DNA from: an uncultured delta proteobacterium
Lineage (GTDB): Bacteria > Myxococcota_A > Polyangia > Haliangiales > Haliangiaceae
Direction: 5' to 3'
DNA: 64,000 nt
NCBI GenBank assembly: GCA_963743525.1
Contig: CAVUQH010000004.1
Location: 352,001-416,000 of the forward strand
Position numbers and translations under genes: made by a program. Positions 32,625 through 42,900 of this stretch are shown one piece after another. The stretch's first letter is position 1. The number at the start of each line of letters is the position of its first letter. Under the pieces are notes generated by a model that was given only the letters and a program-made list of their open reading frames with translations, made no database searches and was not told the origin of the DNA.

Positions 32625-33669
32625 TCGAACACCCCGATGCTTCCAACGTCACCCATCGGCCCAAAGCCCCTGACGCGCAGGTAGCGCACGTCGACTGGGT
32701 CGGGGAGCTCGAGCAACTCCACACCTGAGGGCATCGACACATACGCGATGGGCTCATACGTCGTCGCCGTTGACCGCCGCTCGATGACGAACTGCGGTTG
32801 CTGTCCCAAACGGACGGCATTGTTGTCGCCAGCGAGGTTCGACTCGATCCACAAACCGCGCAGCGCGATCCGCCGCACCTGTCGCACTTCCCCGAGGTTG
32901 ACCACCAACGCGCTCGGACAGGCATCGGGGCTAACCCTGCAGTCGGAGAACGGATCATTCGAAGGTGGTTTCTCTGGCGGGATCGCATCCACGCCGGCAG
33001 TGTAGATGCAGTCATCGACCGTGCTGGTCTCCATCCCCGTCGTGATGGAACACGGGAGCCCCGCCGCGAGCGACCTCACGTCTCCAACAGGGAGGGCAAC
33101 TGGCGCGCCGGAAAGAACGAGGTTCCACGTCTTGGCGACCCCACCAATCAGAAACGCAACCTGCGCAGTCGCGTGCGAGTCTTCCAGCGTCCACTGGGGA
33201 ACATCAGCAGTTCGATCGACATCGTCGTAGATGCCCAGGTGATATCTCGACGAGTTGACCACCAACTGGGCCTGCACCCCGTCGCGAACCTCCTCAGGAA
33301 CCCGCCAGGTCACTCGATCCGCCGAGCCGACCACGGTTGCCTCGCCCCGGGATCCCAAACCGGGATGTCACCGACGTCTACGTCGCGAGCACCGTCCAAC
33401 AACACGTTCCCGCCCACCGAACTTCCGTCCGAGAAGGTGACGAGGAACTCCACATGTCCGTTGTCCGTCAATTCCGGAGGCACCTCGATCGCGAATCGAC
33501 CGTCGCTGCCCACGGTCGTGCTTTCAAGGTCCTGCCCGCTGAGCAGCACCCACTGAGCCTGAACCTCGGCCCCAGCAACCGAGCGACCGTCAATCGAGTC
33601 TACTCGGGCCATCACCCGCGCGGATTGATTGCCACAGGCTGATACGCCGCACGTATAGGAGGAGAGCAT
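32621..33669 (-). CDS. Lipoprotein A, copy 1 (1-nt deletion frameshift at ~33345)
   Basis: ORFs 33310-33669 and 32621-33358 together match A2/A3 (SIDGRSVAGA, WDPG, NLGEVRQVRRIALRG, GSIGVFE). Confidence 0.75.
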
Positions 33670-33712
33670 AGCCGGCGCAATATGAGAGAAATCCTGAATC
33701 CACTCAACCTAC

Positions 33713-34117
33713 CTACGCGGCGACCTCGACGAGGCCGCGCAACCTGCCGAGCACGCCGACGAGGCGATCCACGGAGTAGCCGTGGAAACGAACTCCAGGG
33801 ATACCGTATTTCGCATTCAACTCTCGCTTGGGAATCGAATCCCCCAAGCGAGAGACGCTTGCCCGCACGCAGTCGATCACGAGAGACATCTCGCGAGCCG
33901 CGGCAGCATGTCCGGTCAGCTTCTCTAGATGCAGGTCGATGGTTCCCGGCCCGCTATTCTGGATCTGGTCGCGCCAATCCGCCGTCAGCGACCGCACCGA
34001 CTCGAGACCTTCCTGTCGCCTCTGCACCTCTTCCAATATCAGCTGCACAACCAGGATCAAGTCGAGGTGAACGAAAGACTCGACGCGGTCTCCAACTCTT
34101 TGAAGAGAACTACTCAA
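33713..34117 (-). CDS. Hypothetical protein, probable orphan immunity protein
   Basis: ~134-aa helical ORF (WRDQIQNSGPGTIDLHL) between lipoprotein pairs. TTG start inferred. Confidence 0.5.
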   Translation of the reverse strand: MSSSLQRVGDRVESFVHLDLILVVQLILEEVQRRQEGLESVRSLTADWRDQIQNSGPGTIDLHLEKLTGHAAAAREMSLVIDCVRASVSRLGDSIPKRELNAKYGIPGVRFHGYSVDRLVGVLGRLRGLVEVAA

Positions 34118-34181
34118 CGCAACCAATCCAAGAAGAAACCCGCATGGCCGAAGCAGCTCGCCCGCAGGGCCAACTCGCCAA

Positions 34182-35170
34182 CTACTGGTCCGCTGTGAAC
34201 GCCGCGATGTCGAGGATGGTCGCGGGTTCAGAAGTCTCGACGAACACACGACGGGCCATGACGGGACTTGGAAGGTCCAGGGCGGTCAAGGGCGAGTCGA
34301 GCGTCCCAACTGGCTGTGGGTCTGCGCCTTCGTCGGCGAGCAGCACGCGAGCTCCGGGATGGCATCTTTCGTGCGGACCACGACATGCGAGATGGGCAAT
34401 GCGCTACCGAGGTTGACAACGACCCCCCGCGGGTACGAGATGTAGGTCAGGTTGACGCCCGTATCGTCGCTCCGATCCGTTAGCAGACACGGATCGATCA
34501 AAGCATCAACCTGCTGCCCTACACTGTAGTCGTATCGGGAGACGTAGCATGCCGCTCCAGCCGCGGCCGATGGAGAGAATGGCCCAATCGACTGGACCGC
34601 CTGCACGGAAAGGCCGTACGTCGATTCTGTATCCACATCCGATTCCCACGCTAGCCGTGCGTAGCTCGCGCGATCCTCGAGGATCCAACTCGCAACAGAC
34701 GCCTCTCCATCCGCGGGATCCAGGTTGACATCGCCGAGACGAGCGGTAACGCGCCCTTCCAGGTCCGCCGGCGGCGGGTTCCACTGCGCCGCGACGCCCG
34801 CGCCGTCCTCATCGACACGCAAATCCGGGTTCCACACCGCGATATCGCCCAGATCGACAACCTCGTCCAGCACAAAGAGCGTGAGCTGGGCTCCATGGTT
34901 CGGGGCATTGACCCACAAAACAAGCCCCAGGTCGGACACATCGGGTCGCGCTGCGGTGACCTCGAAGCGGCCGTTCTCGTCGAGCACGCTGGTGGCAATC
35001 ACGTGTTCCCAGGCGTCGGTAAACGAGTATGCATCCAGGGCAATGGCCGCATTGCTGAAACCAGGTCCATCGCCAGCCGGCACGAAGCGTCCCGTGATCT
35101 CGATCTCGTCACCACAACCGGCAAGCCCAAGCGCCAGCAACGCCAGAAGCGCGACCCTTACCGGCCTCAT
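34182..35170 (-). CDS. Lipoprotein B, copy 2 (1-nt deletion frameshift at ~34355)
   Basis: Lipobox LAGC, DPCLLTDRSDDT. The shifted frame continues RVLLADEG...ARRVFVE...DIAAFTADQ*, matching B1. Confidence 0.78.
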
Positions 35171-36234
35171 TCGAACACTCCGATGCTTCCCACTTCATCT
35201 ATCCGGCCGATCCCAGCGATGCTGAGATAACGCGTCTCCACAGGCTGAGGCAGCTCGAGCAACTCGACGCCGGCCTTCAAGGTCACGTAGGCAACGGGCA
35301 CGAATGCCGTCGGCCCACCCGACGAAATCACGAACTGCGGACGGTTGCCGCTCGCGACCTCCCCGAGGTCGCCTTCAGACAACGGATCGATCTGCATGCC
35401 GCGCAGCGCAATTCGGCGCACCTGCCGCATCTCCCCCAGGTCGACGCTGAACGAGGTCGGGCATGCCTCAACGTTGTACCTGCAGTCGCCGAGCGGGTCG
35501 CCCGCCGGGTCTGCTGGAGGTTCTGCATCAACCCCCGCGGTATAGATGCAATCATCAACCGTCGTAGCCGATTGCCCGACCACGACGCGGCAAGGCAGCC
35601 CCGCCGCCAGGGAACGCGCGTTACCTGGTGGAAGCGCTACTGGCGCGGCGTAAAGAATCAACTGATAGAACGGGTAGTCTGCGGCGACTTTGAACCCGAC
35701 ATAGCCAATGGGATCCGCATCCTCCAGTGTCCAATCCGCGATATCGATACTGCCGTCCGGATCGTTGTACACGCCCAGGTGGTACCGGGACGAGTTCACG
35801 ACCACCTGCGTGCGCAGTTGTTCTCGAAGCTGATCCGGGACGCTCCACGTGAGCCGATCCGCATTGTCGATTCGCGTCGCCGCCGCTCCTGGGTCCCAGA
35901 CTGGGATCACCCCCGCGTCTACGTCGCGCCGACCGCCGATAGAAACAGCTCCGCCCACCGCGTTGCCATCCTGGAAGGTGATCAGAAAATCGATCAGGCC
36001 AGCACCCGCGAACTCAGGCGGAACTTCGACATGGAACCGACCATCACTATCCACAGTCGAGGTGTCGAGCCCCTGTCCGTCACCCATCGACCACGTCGCC
36101 TGCACTGTCGCCCCGGCAACCGGCCGACCATCCACTGAATCGAGCTTCCCCGTCACCCATACCGAATCGTCGCCGCAAGCACCAACGCATGCCGCAGCCA
36201 GCAGGAGCCAACACCGAACCTGTTTCCTCTTCAT
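35167..36234 (-). CDS. Lipoprotein A, copy 2
   Basis: Lipobox VGAC, SVDGRPVAGA, DLGEMRQVRRIALRG, GSIGVFE* overlapping the ATG of B2. Confidence 0.82.
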   Translation of the reverse strand: MKRKQVRCWLLLAAACVGACGDDSVWVTGKLDSVDGRPVAGATVQATWSMGDGQGLDTSTVDSDGRFHVEVPPEFAGAGLIDFLITFQDGNAVGGAVSIGGRRDVDAGVIPVWDPGAAATRIDNADRLTWSVPDQLREQLRTQVVVNSSRYHLGVYNDPDGSIDIADWTLEDADPIGYVGFKVAADYPFYQLILYAAPVALPPGNARSLAAGLPCRVVVGQSATTVDDCIYTAGVDAEPPADPAGDPLGDCRYNVEACPTSFSVDLGEMRQVRRIALRGMQIDPLSEGDLGEVASGNRPQFVISSGGPTAFVPVAYVTLKAGVELLELPQPVETRYLSIAGIGRIDEVGSIGVFE

Positions 36235-36275
36235 AGACGAGCCCAATGTCCACTTGAACGCCGGCGCTCAGAGCA

Positions 36276-36743
36276 TCATCTCTGGTCGTCGAACTCGACT
36301 TCAAAAACGAGGTCCGATGGCTCGAACTTGTGTGTCCCATCGCTGCATCGAACACGCACGCGCGCTGCGCTGTCATCGAAGACCATACCGGCATCACCGA
36401 TCCACGCCTGCATCACGCCAGCTTCGTCCGTCCAGCAGTTCCACAGGAGCAACTCGCCGCTCTGCTGTTTTCCCGTTTCACAGGAGAACTCCACGACCTC
36501 AGGTGACGTGTCGGCCCAAAGAACCACGTCCTTGACCTCCTCGGCAGCCACTTTCACACGCCCCTGATCCACTTGCAGTCGAATCCCCTGCCTTGGGCTA
36601 TCGACCGCGGCAAGCCACCGGATCCGCACCCGCTCACCTCGCGCGACCTGACGACGGAACACGTTGTGAACGATCTGCTCGTCCACCCGTTGGGCGGCGC
36701 CCTTGCTCTCTGCGAATCGCTCTGCGAGTGTCTTTCGACTCAT
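36276..36743 (-). CDS. Putative cognate immunity protein of orphan HNH-like toxin
   Basis: Starts 6 nt after the toxin stop. LWADTSP, LWNCW, RCSDG...DLVF. Confidence 0.7.
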   Translation of the reverse strand: MSRKTLAERFAESKGAAQRVDEQIVHNVFRRQVARGERVRIRWLAAVDSPRQGIRLQVDQGRVKVAAEEVKDVVLWADTSPEVVEFSCETGKQQSGELLLWNCWTDEAGVMQAWIGDAGMVFDDSAARVRVRCSDGTHKFEPSDLVFEVEFDDQR

Positions 36744-36749
36744 ACTCTT

Positions 36750-37127
36750 CTAGTAGCCCGTGTGTCGGTATGGATCAACAGCTGCGTGATCCTGCGGCCA
36801 ACGGGGTACAAACAGCTTGCCACCATCACGAACCGGAATTGGCTCGTGACTCAGCTCCATTGACTCCATGTCGCCCTTCGCGGGGTTATAGCGCTGAGGC
36901 GCTCGTCCTCGCCGCATTCGAGACACGTTTGCCTCGCCCCACTTCTCAAACGCACCATCCTTTGCTGCTTCGCTTTTCCAATAGCGAGCTCTAACGGTCA
37001 ACCAGGAAGGCTCACCGTTGGGAGTGGGTTCATAGATATCGTTGCCCACCCGCCAGCGAGAAGGCCGACCACCGACGAGCCCAGGAGAGCCTCGCTCCGA
37101 GGACATCGCCGAGAAGGCAAAGCCCAT
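36750..37127 (-). CDS. Orphan toxin C-terminal domain, HNH/His-Me finger nuclease-like
   Basis: TVRARYWKSEA...RMRRGRAPQ...MELSHEP...DGG...WPQDHAAVDP. No N-terminal delivery region. Confidence 0.7.
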   Translation of the reverse strand: MGFAFSAMSSERGSPGLVGGRPSRWRVGNDIYEPTPNGEPSWLTVRARYWKSEAAKDGAFEKWGEANVSRMRRGRAPQRYNPAKGDMESMELSHEPIPVRDGGKLFVPRWPQDHAAVDPYRHTGY

Positions 37128-37178
37128 GAGGATTTGGCCACGGAGATAGTGGTCATCTGGGGGGTAATCGAGCCACTC

Positions 37179-37388
37179 TGAATCGGCCCGGGAGTACCGG
37201 AGACTCAGTTAGTTGAGTCCAGCCTCCATGACTGGAGCGTCTCGCTGCTGATAGTAAGCCGCTTTTACGCCGCTTCGTATTCGACTGGTGGCACGTGGCC
37301 GAGTGGCCCGAAGAGGCGCCGCTTGTTGAACCAGTCAACCCATTCGAGGGTCGCAAACTCGGCCTCCTCGAGGTTCTTCCAGGGGTCG
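37179..37388 (-). mobile_element. IS3-family remnant (transposase C-terminus and terminal inverted repeat)
   Basis: Minus strand encodes PWKNLEEAEFATLEWVDWFNKRRLFGPLGHVPPVEYE. Terminal TGAATCGGCCCGGGAGTACCGGAGAC resembles IS51/IS629-group IRs. Confidence 0.85.
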
Positions 37389-37410
37389 CACTGCAATCGC
37401 GGGTCTGGAC

Positions 37411-38424
37411 TCAGTGGTCATCGTCGGCAATAAATGCGGCGATATCCACGATCACGCCCGCTTGGTCGGACTCGACTAGCACCCGACGCGCGACAATCGG
37501 TGGCTCGAACACAAATCCTGTAGTCGCCGCGGATAGCTCCCCAACCAGGCGTGAAGCGCCCTGCCCATCCGCTATGAGGACGTGAGCGGCGGGTGAAGGA
37601 TCCTGCGCGCGGACAACGATCCGTGACAACGGGAGGTCGTCACCCAGGTCCACCGCGACGCCACGTGTTTGACCATCATCCGCATTCACGTTGTCGAGGT
37701 CGAACCAGGTGTCTTTGTCTCTATCGGTTAGAACACACGGATCGATGACGCCCTCGCGCCGGTACCCGTCCGAGTCGAGTCGATAGCCGTAGCAAGGCGC
37801 ATCAGCGGCAGCCGAGGCTGCGAATATGGGCAACTGTGCGTAGTCACCACCACCGAGGGAGTCGAGCCCGGAGGGCACACGCTCTGCGCTCCAGTACATC
37901 CACGCATTGCCGCCACGATCCTCGAGCAGCCACGAAGGGACCGAAACCGACCCAGTGACCGGGTCCATTTCCATGTCCGATACGTGAAGCTCAGTGTTAC
38001 CCGGAAGGCCGGGCGGCGCGGGTGTCCAGTGGAGGCCAACGCTCGCATCACCAACCTCCAAGCCCAGCGCCGGATCCCACAGGGAGATGTCACCGAGATT
38101 CACCAGCCCGGGCGCATCACCGTCGGCGCCGGCAAGATGTCCCTGGAAATGAAGCGCTCCTTTTGCACTGCTGAGCACGAAGGTCACCAGGCCGGCACTG
38201 ACAGCCTCCCCCGGAACCATGACAGAGAATTTGCCGTCCGCGCCGATCGAGGTTCGGTCATAGGTTGTGTCCTGGAGCAGTCCTTGCTTGCCAAACCAGA
38301 GATCGTAGCCCGCAAAGCCTGGACCGTTCACCGAGACTAACCGGCCGCGAACCTCGACATCGCCACAACCGGCGGCCAACAAACATGCTGCCGCGACGAA
38401 GAGGCGCCATCGGTCGCACGTCAT
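37411..38424 (-). CDS. Lipoprotein B, copy 3
   Basis: Lipobox AAGC, NGPGFAG, DPCVLTDRDKDT, RGVAVDLG, ARRVLVE, DIAAF. Confidence 0.82.
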   Translation of the reverse strand: MTCDRWRLFVAAACLLAAGCGDVEVRGRLVSVNGPGFAGYDLWFGKQGLLQDTTYDRTSIGADGKFSVMVPGEAVSAGLVTFVLSSAKGALHFQGHLAGADGDAPGLVNLGDISLWDPALGLEVGDASVGLHWTPAPPGLPGNTELHVSDMEMDPVTGSVSVPSWLLEDRGGNAWMYWSAERVPSGLDSLGGGDYAQLPIFAASAAADAPCYGYRLDSDGYRREGVIDPCVLTDRDKDTWFDLDNVNADDGQTRGVAVDLGDDLPLSRIVVRAQDPSPAAHVLIADGQGASRLVGELSAATTGFVFEPPIVARRVLVESDQAGVIVDIAAFIADDDH

Positions 38425-39590
38425 TCGAACACCTCGATCCGGCCGGCCATAGCCATGACTCCGAGCGCCCGCACACGCACGTATCTCATCGGAACCGGCT
38501 CGGGCAACTCGAGAAGTGCATAGCCGTACGGCGCCGAAACGTACCCGACTGCCTCAAATGGTCCTGGCAACGAGAGCGACCCCTCCGGCAACGCTCCCTC
38601 GATCGCGAACTGGGGAACCCTACCGGAGGCGAGGGCCTCATGATCCATGTCGTATGGCACCCGAAGCCCGCGCAGCGCAATCCGGCGTACTTGTTTGGCC
38701 GCCCCGAGATCTATCTCGACAGATTGGAGGCAGTTGTAGTCATCGAAGCCCTCACACGGCTCCGGGCTCTGCTGGGAATCTGGTGCCGCTGTGAAGAGGC
38801 ACGCGTCATCCCGATACGGACTAGTGGCGCCGACATAGATCAGCGAGCAAGGGAGGTCTGCCGCCAGCGATTGTGCTCGCCCGGAAGGCAACTCGACCGG
38901 AAGCTCGGCCAGTCCGAGGTCTAGGACCTCCGCGCCACGCCCCTGATATCCGAAGTACAGCGTCGCGGTCGCATCGTAGTCACCCACAATCCAGTCTCCG
39001 ACATCAGCCGTCTGCCCGTTCCCCGGCAAGACCCCGAGCGGGTACTCCGACAATCCGACGACCACCTGTGCCTCGACTTCGGTTCTCACAGTGTCGGGCA
39101 CGTGCCAGCTCAGGCGACTCGCACCATCGACTCGCTGAGTATTCACACCCGGGTTCCAAAGAGGAAGCTCGCCGAGGTCCACGTCCGTACCCGTCATCGC
39201 GATCTGCCCATGGACGAGTTCTCCATCCGGCAAGCCAATGCGGAGGTTCACCGTTCCGGCTTTGGCGCTTCCGTTCGGCACCTCGATATCGAACCGTCCT
39301 GTGGGGCCTAGTCTCCCGGTCCCGAGTTCCTGGTGTTCGACGAAGTCCCAAGTGGCATCCACCCTGCCCCCCGCGACCTTTCGGCCATCGGTAGAATGCA
39401 ACCGACCTGAGACCCACGACGAATCTCCGCAAGCTCCTGTCAAGAACGACAAGACGGCGACAAAGACGACTCCTCGAATCCACGCCGACGTTGTGACTTG
39501 GTCTCGGGTACTAGCCAAACTGAGCCCCTCGCGCAACGGCTCGCGGCCGCGCACGGAAGACGTTGAACCAAAAAGCAGCGGCCTGGTCAT
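38421..39590 (-). CDS. Lipoprotein A, copy 3 (start possibly TTG 39518)
   Basis: Lipobox TGAC, STDGRKVAGG, DLGAAKQVRRIALRG, GRIEVFE* overlapping the ATG of B3. Confidence 0.82.
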   Translation of the reverse strand: MTRPLLFGSTSSVRGREPLREGLSLASTRDQVTTSAWIRGVVFVAVLSFLTGACGDSSWVSGRLHSTDGRKVAGGRVDATWDFVEHQELGTGRLGPTGRFDIEVPNGSAKAGTVNLRIGLPDGELVHGQIAMTGTDVDLGELPLWNPGVNTQRVDGASRLSWHVPDTVRTEVEAQVVVGLSEYPLGVLPGNGQTADVGDWIVGDYDATATLYFGYQGRGAEVLDLGLAELPVELPSGRAQSLAADLPCSLIYVGATSPYRDDACLFTAAPDSQQSPEPCEGFDDYNCLQSVEIDLGAAKQVRRIALRGLRVPYDMDHEALASGRVPQFAIEGALPEGSLSLPGPFEAVGYVSAPYGYALLELPEPVPMRYVRVRALGVMAMAGRIEVFE

Positions 39591-39613
39591 TTCCGAGTCT
39601 GCGAGAGGCAGGT

Positions 39614-39955
39614 CTACGATCGCAGTGTCGAACGTTCGCCAAAGAACCAGACTACGTCGCCAATGTCTGGGACCCCGACGTCCCGCCAGCCGGCTTCAAT
39701 CCTTGCGATCACTTGCTCAACCGTGCCTGGCCAAACCTCGAACTGGCCGTCGTCCGATAGGGTGACCGCTGTTAGCGCGTGAGATTCGAGGAGCGGTCTA
39801 AGCGCTGCTAGTGTGGCAGTTCGCACTTCCTCCTCGGAGCTGGCGCTTGGTAGTGCTTCGCGGAGATCGTCTGCCAGCCACCAGAGCCCAAGGTCACTCT
39901 CGGCGCCCTCGACAATCCAGCGCCTCCGGATCGCTTCGTAGTCTATCTTGCTCAT
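39614..39955 (-). CDS. Cognate immunity protein of the Rhs toxin (putative)
   Basis: Small acidic protein with ATGA overlap onto the toxin stop. Paralog at 30188-30530. Confidence 0.75.
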   Translation of the reverse strand: MSKIDYEAIRRRWIVEGAESDLGLWWLADDLREALPSASSEEEVRTATLAALRPLLESHALTAVTLSDDGQFEVWPGTVEQVIARIEAGWRDVGVPDIGDVVWFFGERSTLRS

Positions 39956-42900
39956 GGCAATAGGAACTTGATTTCCCGAATTCTGAGCCCCGGTATTCTC
40001 ACGTCGAGTGTAGGCAGGCCGCTGCCAGAAATCGACCGGAATCCGACTGAACCACCCCCGCCCGGAATCCTGAAAAAGCTGGTGACGCCCGGCTTGGTGA
40101 TAGGCGTGGCACCCGTCTCGCGAACAAGCTGTCTGTAGAGAGCGCGAGCCGCGTCTTGGCCGCCCTCCAAGATTCGGATTCGCTTGCTACTCCCCGCCTG
40201 GCCGATGAGCCTGTTGGCTGGTCGCAACACGTCGATGGCCTTCTGTCGGGCATTGACCAAGAGTCCCCTGGCGCGGCGTCCACCTGAAAGGACTACTGCG
40301 CTTGGAGGACCCGCTTCCTCGACCAATCCACCTGCCCCGGGAAACAGTTGCCCGGTAATGCCGCCTGCCAGACTGCCCGTAAATATTGTCGCCCCAACGT
40401 GGGTACCCGCAAACGTCTGCGCGGCGAGATACCCTCCAGCAACAGCGTCTCCCAGCACTGGTCCCAACGCCCCGCCAAGCGCACCCCAAGCGCAGATATC
40501 GCCGACGATCGAGACGCCCTGAGCAAGCGCACGAGCCTTGCGCCGCGCCTCGGGACCAAGCCTCCCATACCGGATCGCGCCCTGCTGCCTCGCCAGCCAA
40601 ACATCCCTACTGAGTTCATCCATTGGCGCGATGATGGAGTCTTGGTAGTAGTACACGCCGTCTGCCTGCCCAAACCAGTGACCGTCATACTCCTTCATTT
40701 CCGGTGCGGCACCGTCGTAGGCAAAGACCGTTGGCGCCATCGGGTTGGCCATTTCAGCCCTATCAAACTGCGCGCGCGCTAGCTCCTCTACCGAAGGAAC
40801 GTGTGGCTGCTGGCGACGAGCCACTTCGCTTGCAGCGGCGGCGGCCGCAGCAGCCCCCAAGGCGATTGGGCTGCCAGAGATGACGCCGCCCTGACCGCAC
40901 GCGCCCGGGCCGCCGCAGTCGGTGCGCGGCCCCGGGTCCATTCCGCTCGGATCGGCGTAGTTGATCGGGTCGTTCCAGGCGAAGCCGTAGGGGTTCATCA
41001 TCGTCGTCGTTCGCGAGATGATGAGCGGGTCGCGTTGGAGGAAACGGCCGGTGCGCGGATCGTAGATGCGTGCGCCCATACGAACGACGCCGAAGGCGTC
41101 GAGGTGGTCGCTGTTGCCGAAGCCGTCCAAGAGTGAGCCGACGCCCCCTGGCAGCCCCGTGTTCTCGACGATTCCACCGTAGGCTCGATAGGTGATTTCC
41201 TGCGTGATCTTGCCGGTCTGGTCGGTCACGCGACGCAGGTTCGTTCCCTCGTAGTGCCCGTACAGAACTGTGGCATCTGGTCCGGTCCCACGTCGGATGA
41301 TGGGCACGCCCGGGATGCGCCGTTCGATCAGGGAGACCGACTGCCCGTCCTTCGTGAAATACGAGCGCGTGAACGGTCCGTAGTGACTCTCACTCCGATT
41401 CTCGCTGCCGGTACCTCCCTGGACATAGGACATGACCTCGCCCTCGGGTCCGTAGCGGTACTTTCCGATGGCGGCTCCGGAGACCAGCGAAGTTACGCGG
41501 CCGTGGAGATCGTACTCGTAGTTGCGCGTCGGGTTTTCGTTGGACGCGACCGTCAACACATTGCCCTGGGCGTCGTAGCGATACTGGCAGTCGTCGGGGG
41601 CGGGGGCAGTGGTCGTGGCGGGGGCGGTCGTGCCGAACTGGTTGGTTACGATGATGGTGTCGATTCCGGTACCGGATTCGCGCTGACCCAGAGTCAGCGT
41701 ATGGGCTCCGGCGTTCAACCATACGGTGACGGGCTGGTTGCTCGACCCGTCGTGGTTGTACACGCGGCGGGTTTGCCACGCGGTACTCAGCGAGATGTGC
41801 CAGGTCCACCAGTCGTCGTTGTCAACCTTGACGAAGAACGAGTTGGTGTAGGTGTCTGGAGCGAGCACACGCGCCCAGATAGCGTAGTATCCGGACGCCG
41901 CGACGTTGAACTGCACAGTCGCCTGCGGTGCGTCGTCAGGCGACCAATAGTTCTGTTGGCCAGTAGGTGCCATGAGATAGGCGCCTGCGGAGGCGGTGCC
42001 ATCAATCTCGACTCCCCAGGGCGCGTTGTGCGCTCCCGACTCCGCTTCGACAACAACATTCGTGGGCGACGCGGTCGGTTCGATGGTTGCCGGATTCGTG
42101 TATGCGTCGGTCGTGATGAGGACGCGGTCAACTTGCACTCCGTCTTCCCTGGCACCGATCCTGAGGGTTGCCCTGCCTTTGGATAGATAGAAGGCGACAG
42201 GCTGACGGACGAAGCCGGATACGGAATCAACCCGTCTCCAGGTCCAATTCGAGGCGACGCCCGCATTCCACGTCAGGCTCTTGCCGTTGAGTGAGATGGT
42301 GTATGAGTCGTCAGCCGTCGAGGCCGCGCGAACCCGCACCCACAGGTAGTAGGTACCCGACGTGGGCACACTGACCGGCAAGGTGGCGCTACCGACGTTG
42401 TTTCCACTGCCTTGCGGCACTTCGACGTAGGCACCGAGAGAGGCCGATGTATCCGTGGCGAAGCGCATCGGTGCAACCAGCTGGCTCGATTCGGCTTCCA
42501 GCCATAGCCGAGTCTGACCGTCCGGCATCGCGATGCCACCTCCAGCGATACCTCCCACAGTGCCGCCACTTGAACCGCTCGTGCCAGATGCTGCTGGTTC
42601 CGTCCGGCACACGCGGTCTAAGTCATCACCGCGCAGGGTGATCGTGGAGTCAACGCTACCGAGCACGTCGTCGACTCCCCGCACGTTGCCGAGGCCGTCA
42701 TAGTTGAAGGCCTCGTCGCGGATCATTGAGCCGAAGGGATTCTCGGTGCTCGCCCTACTCAGCTGATACAAGCTGTCGTATTGATAGGTCGAACTGCTCG
42801 AGCGTAAATCCGTTTGCGCCATCACTGCTCTCCAGCCGCTCCATGACCCGAAGATCTGGCGAATAGCGAGCGTAGGAGACTGACCGCTTCTCGCCGCTCG

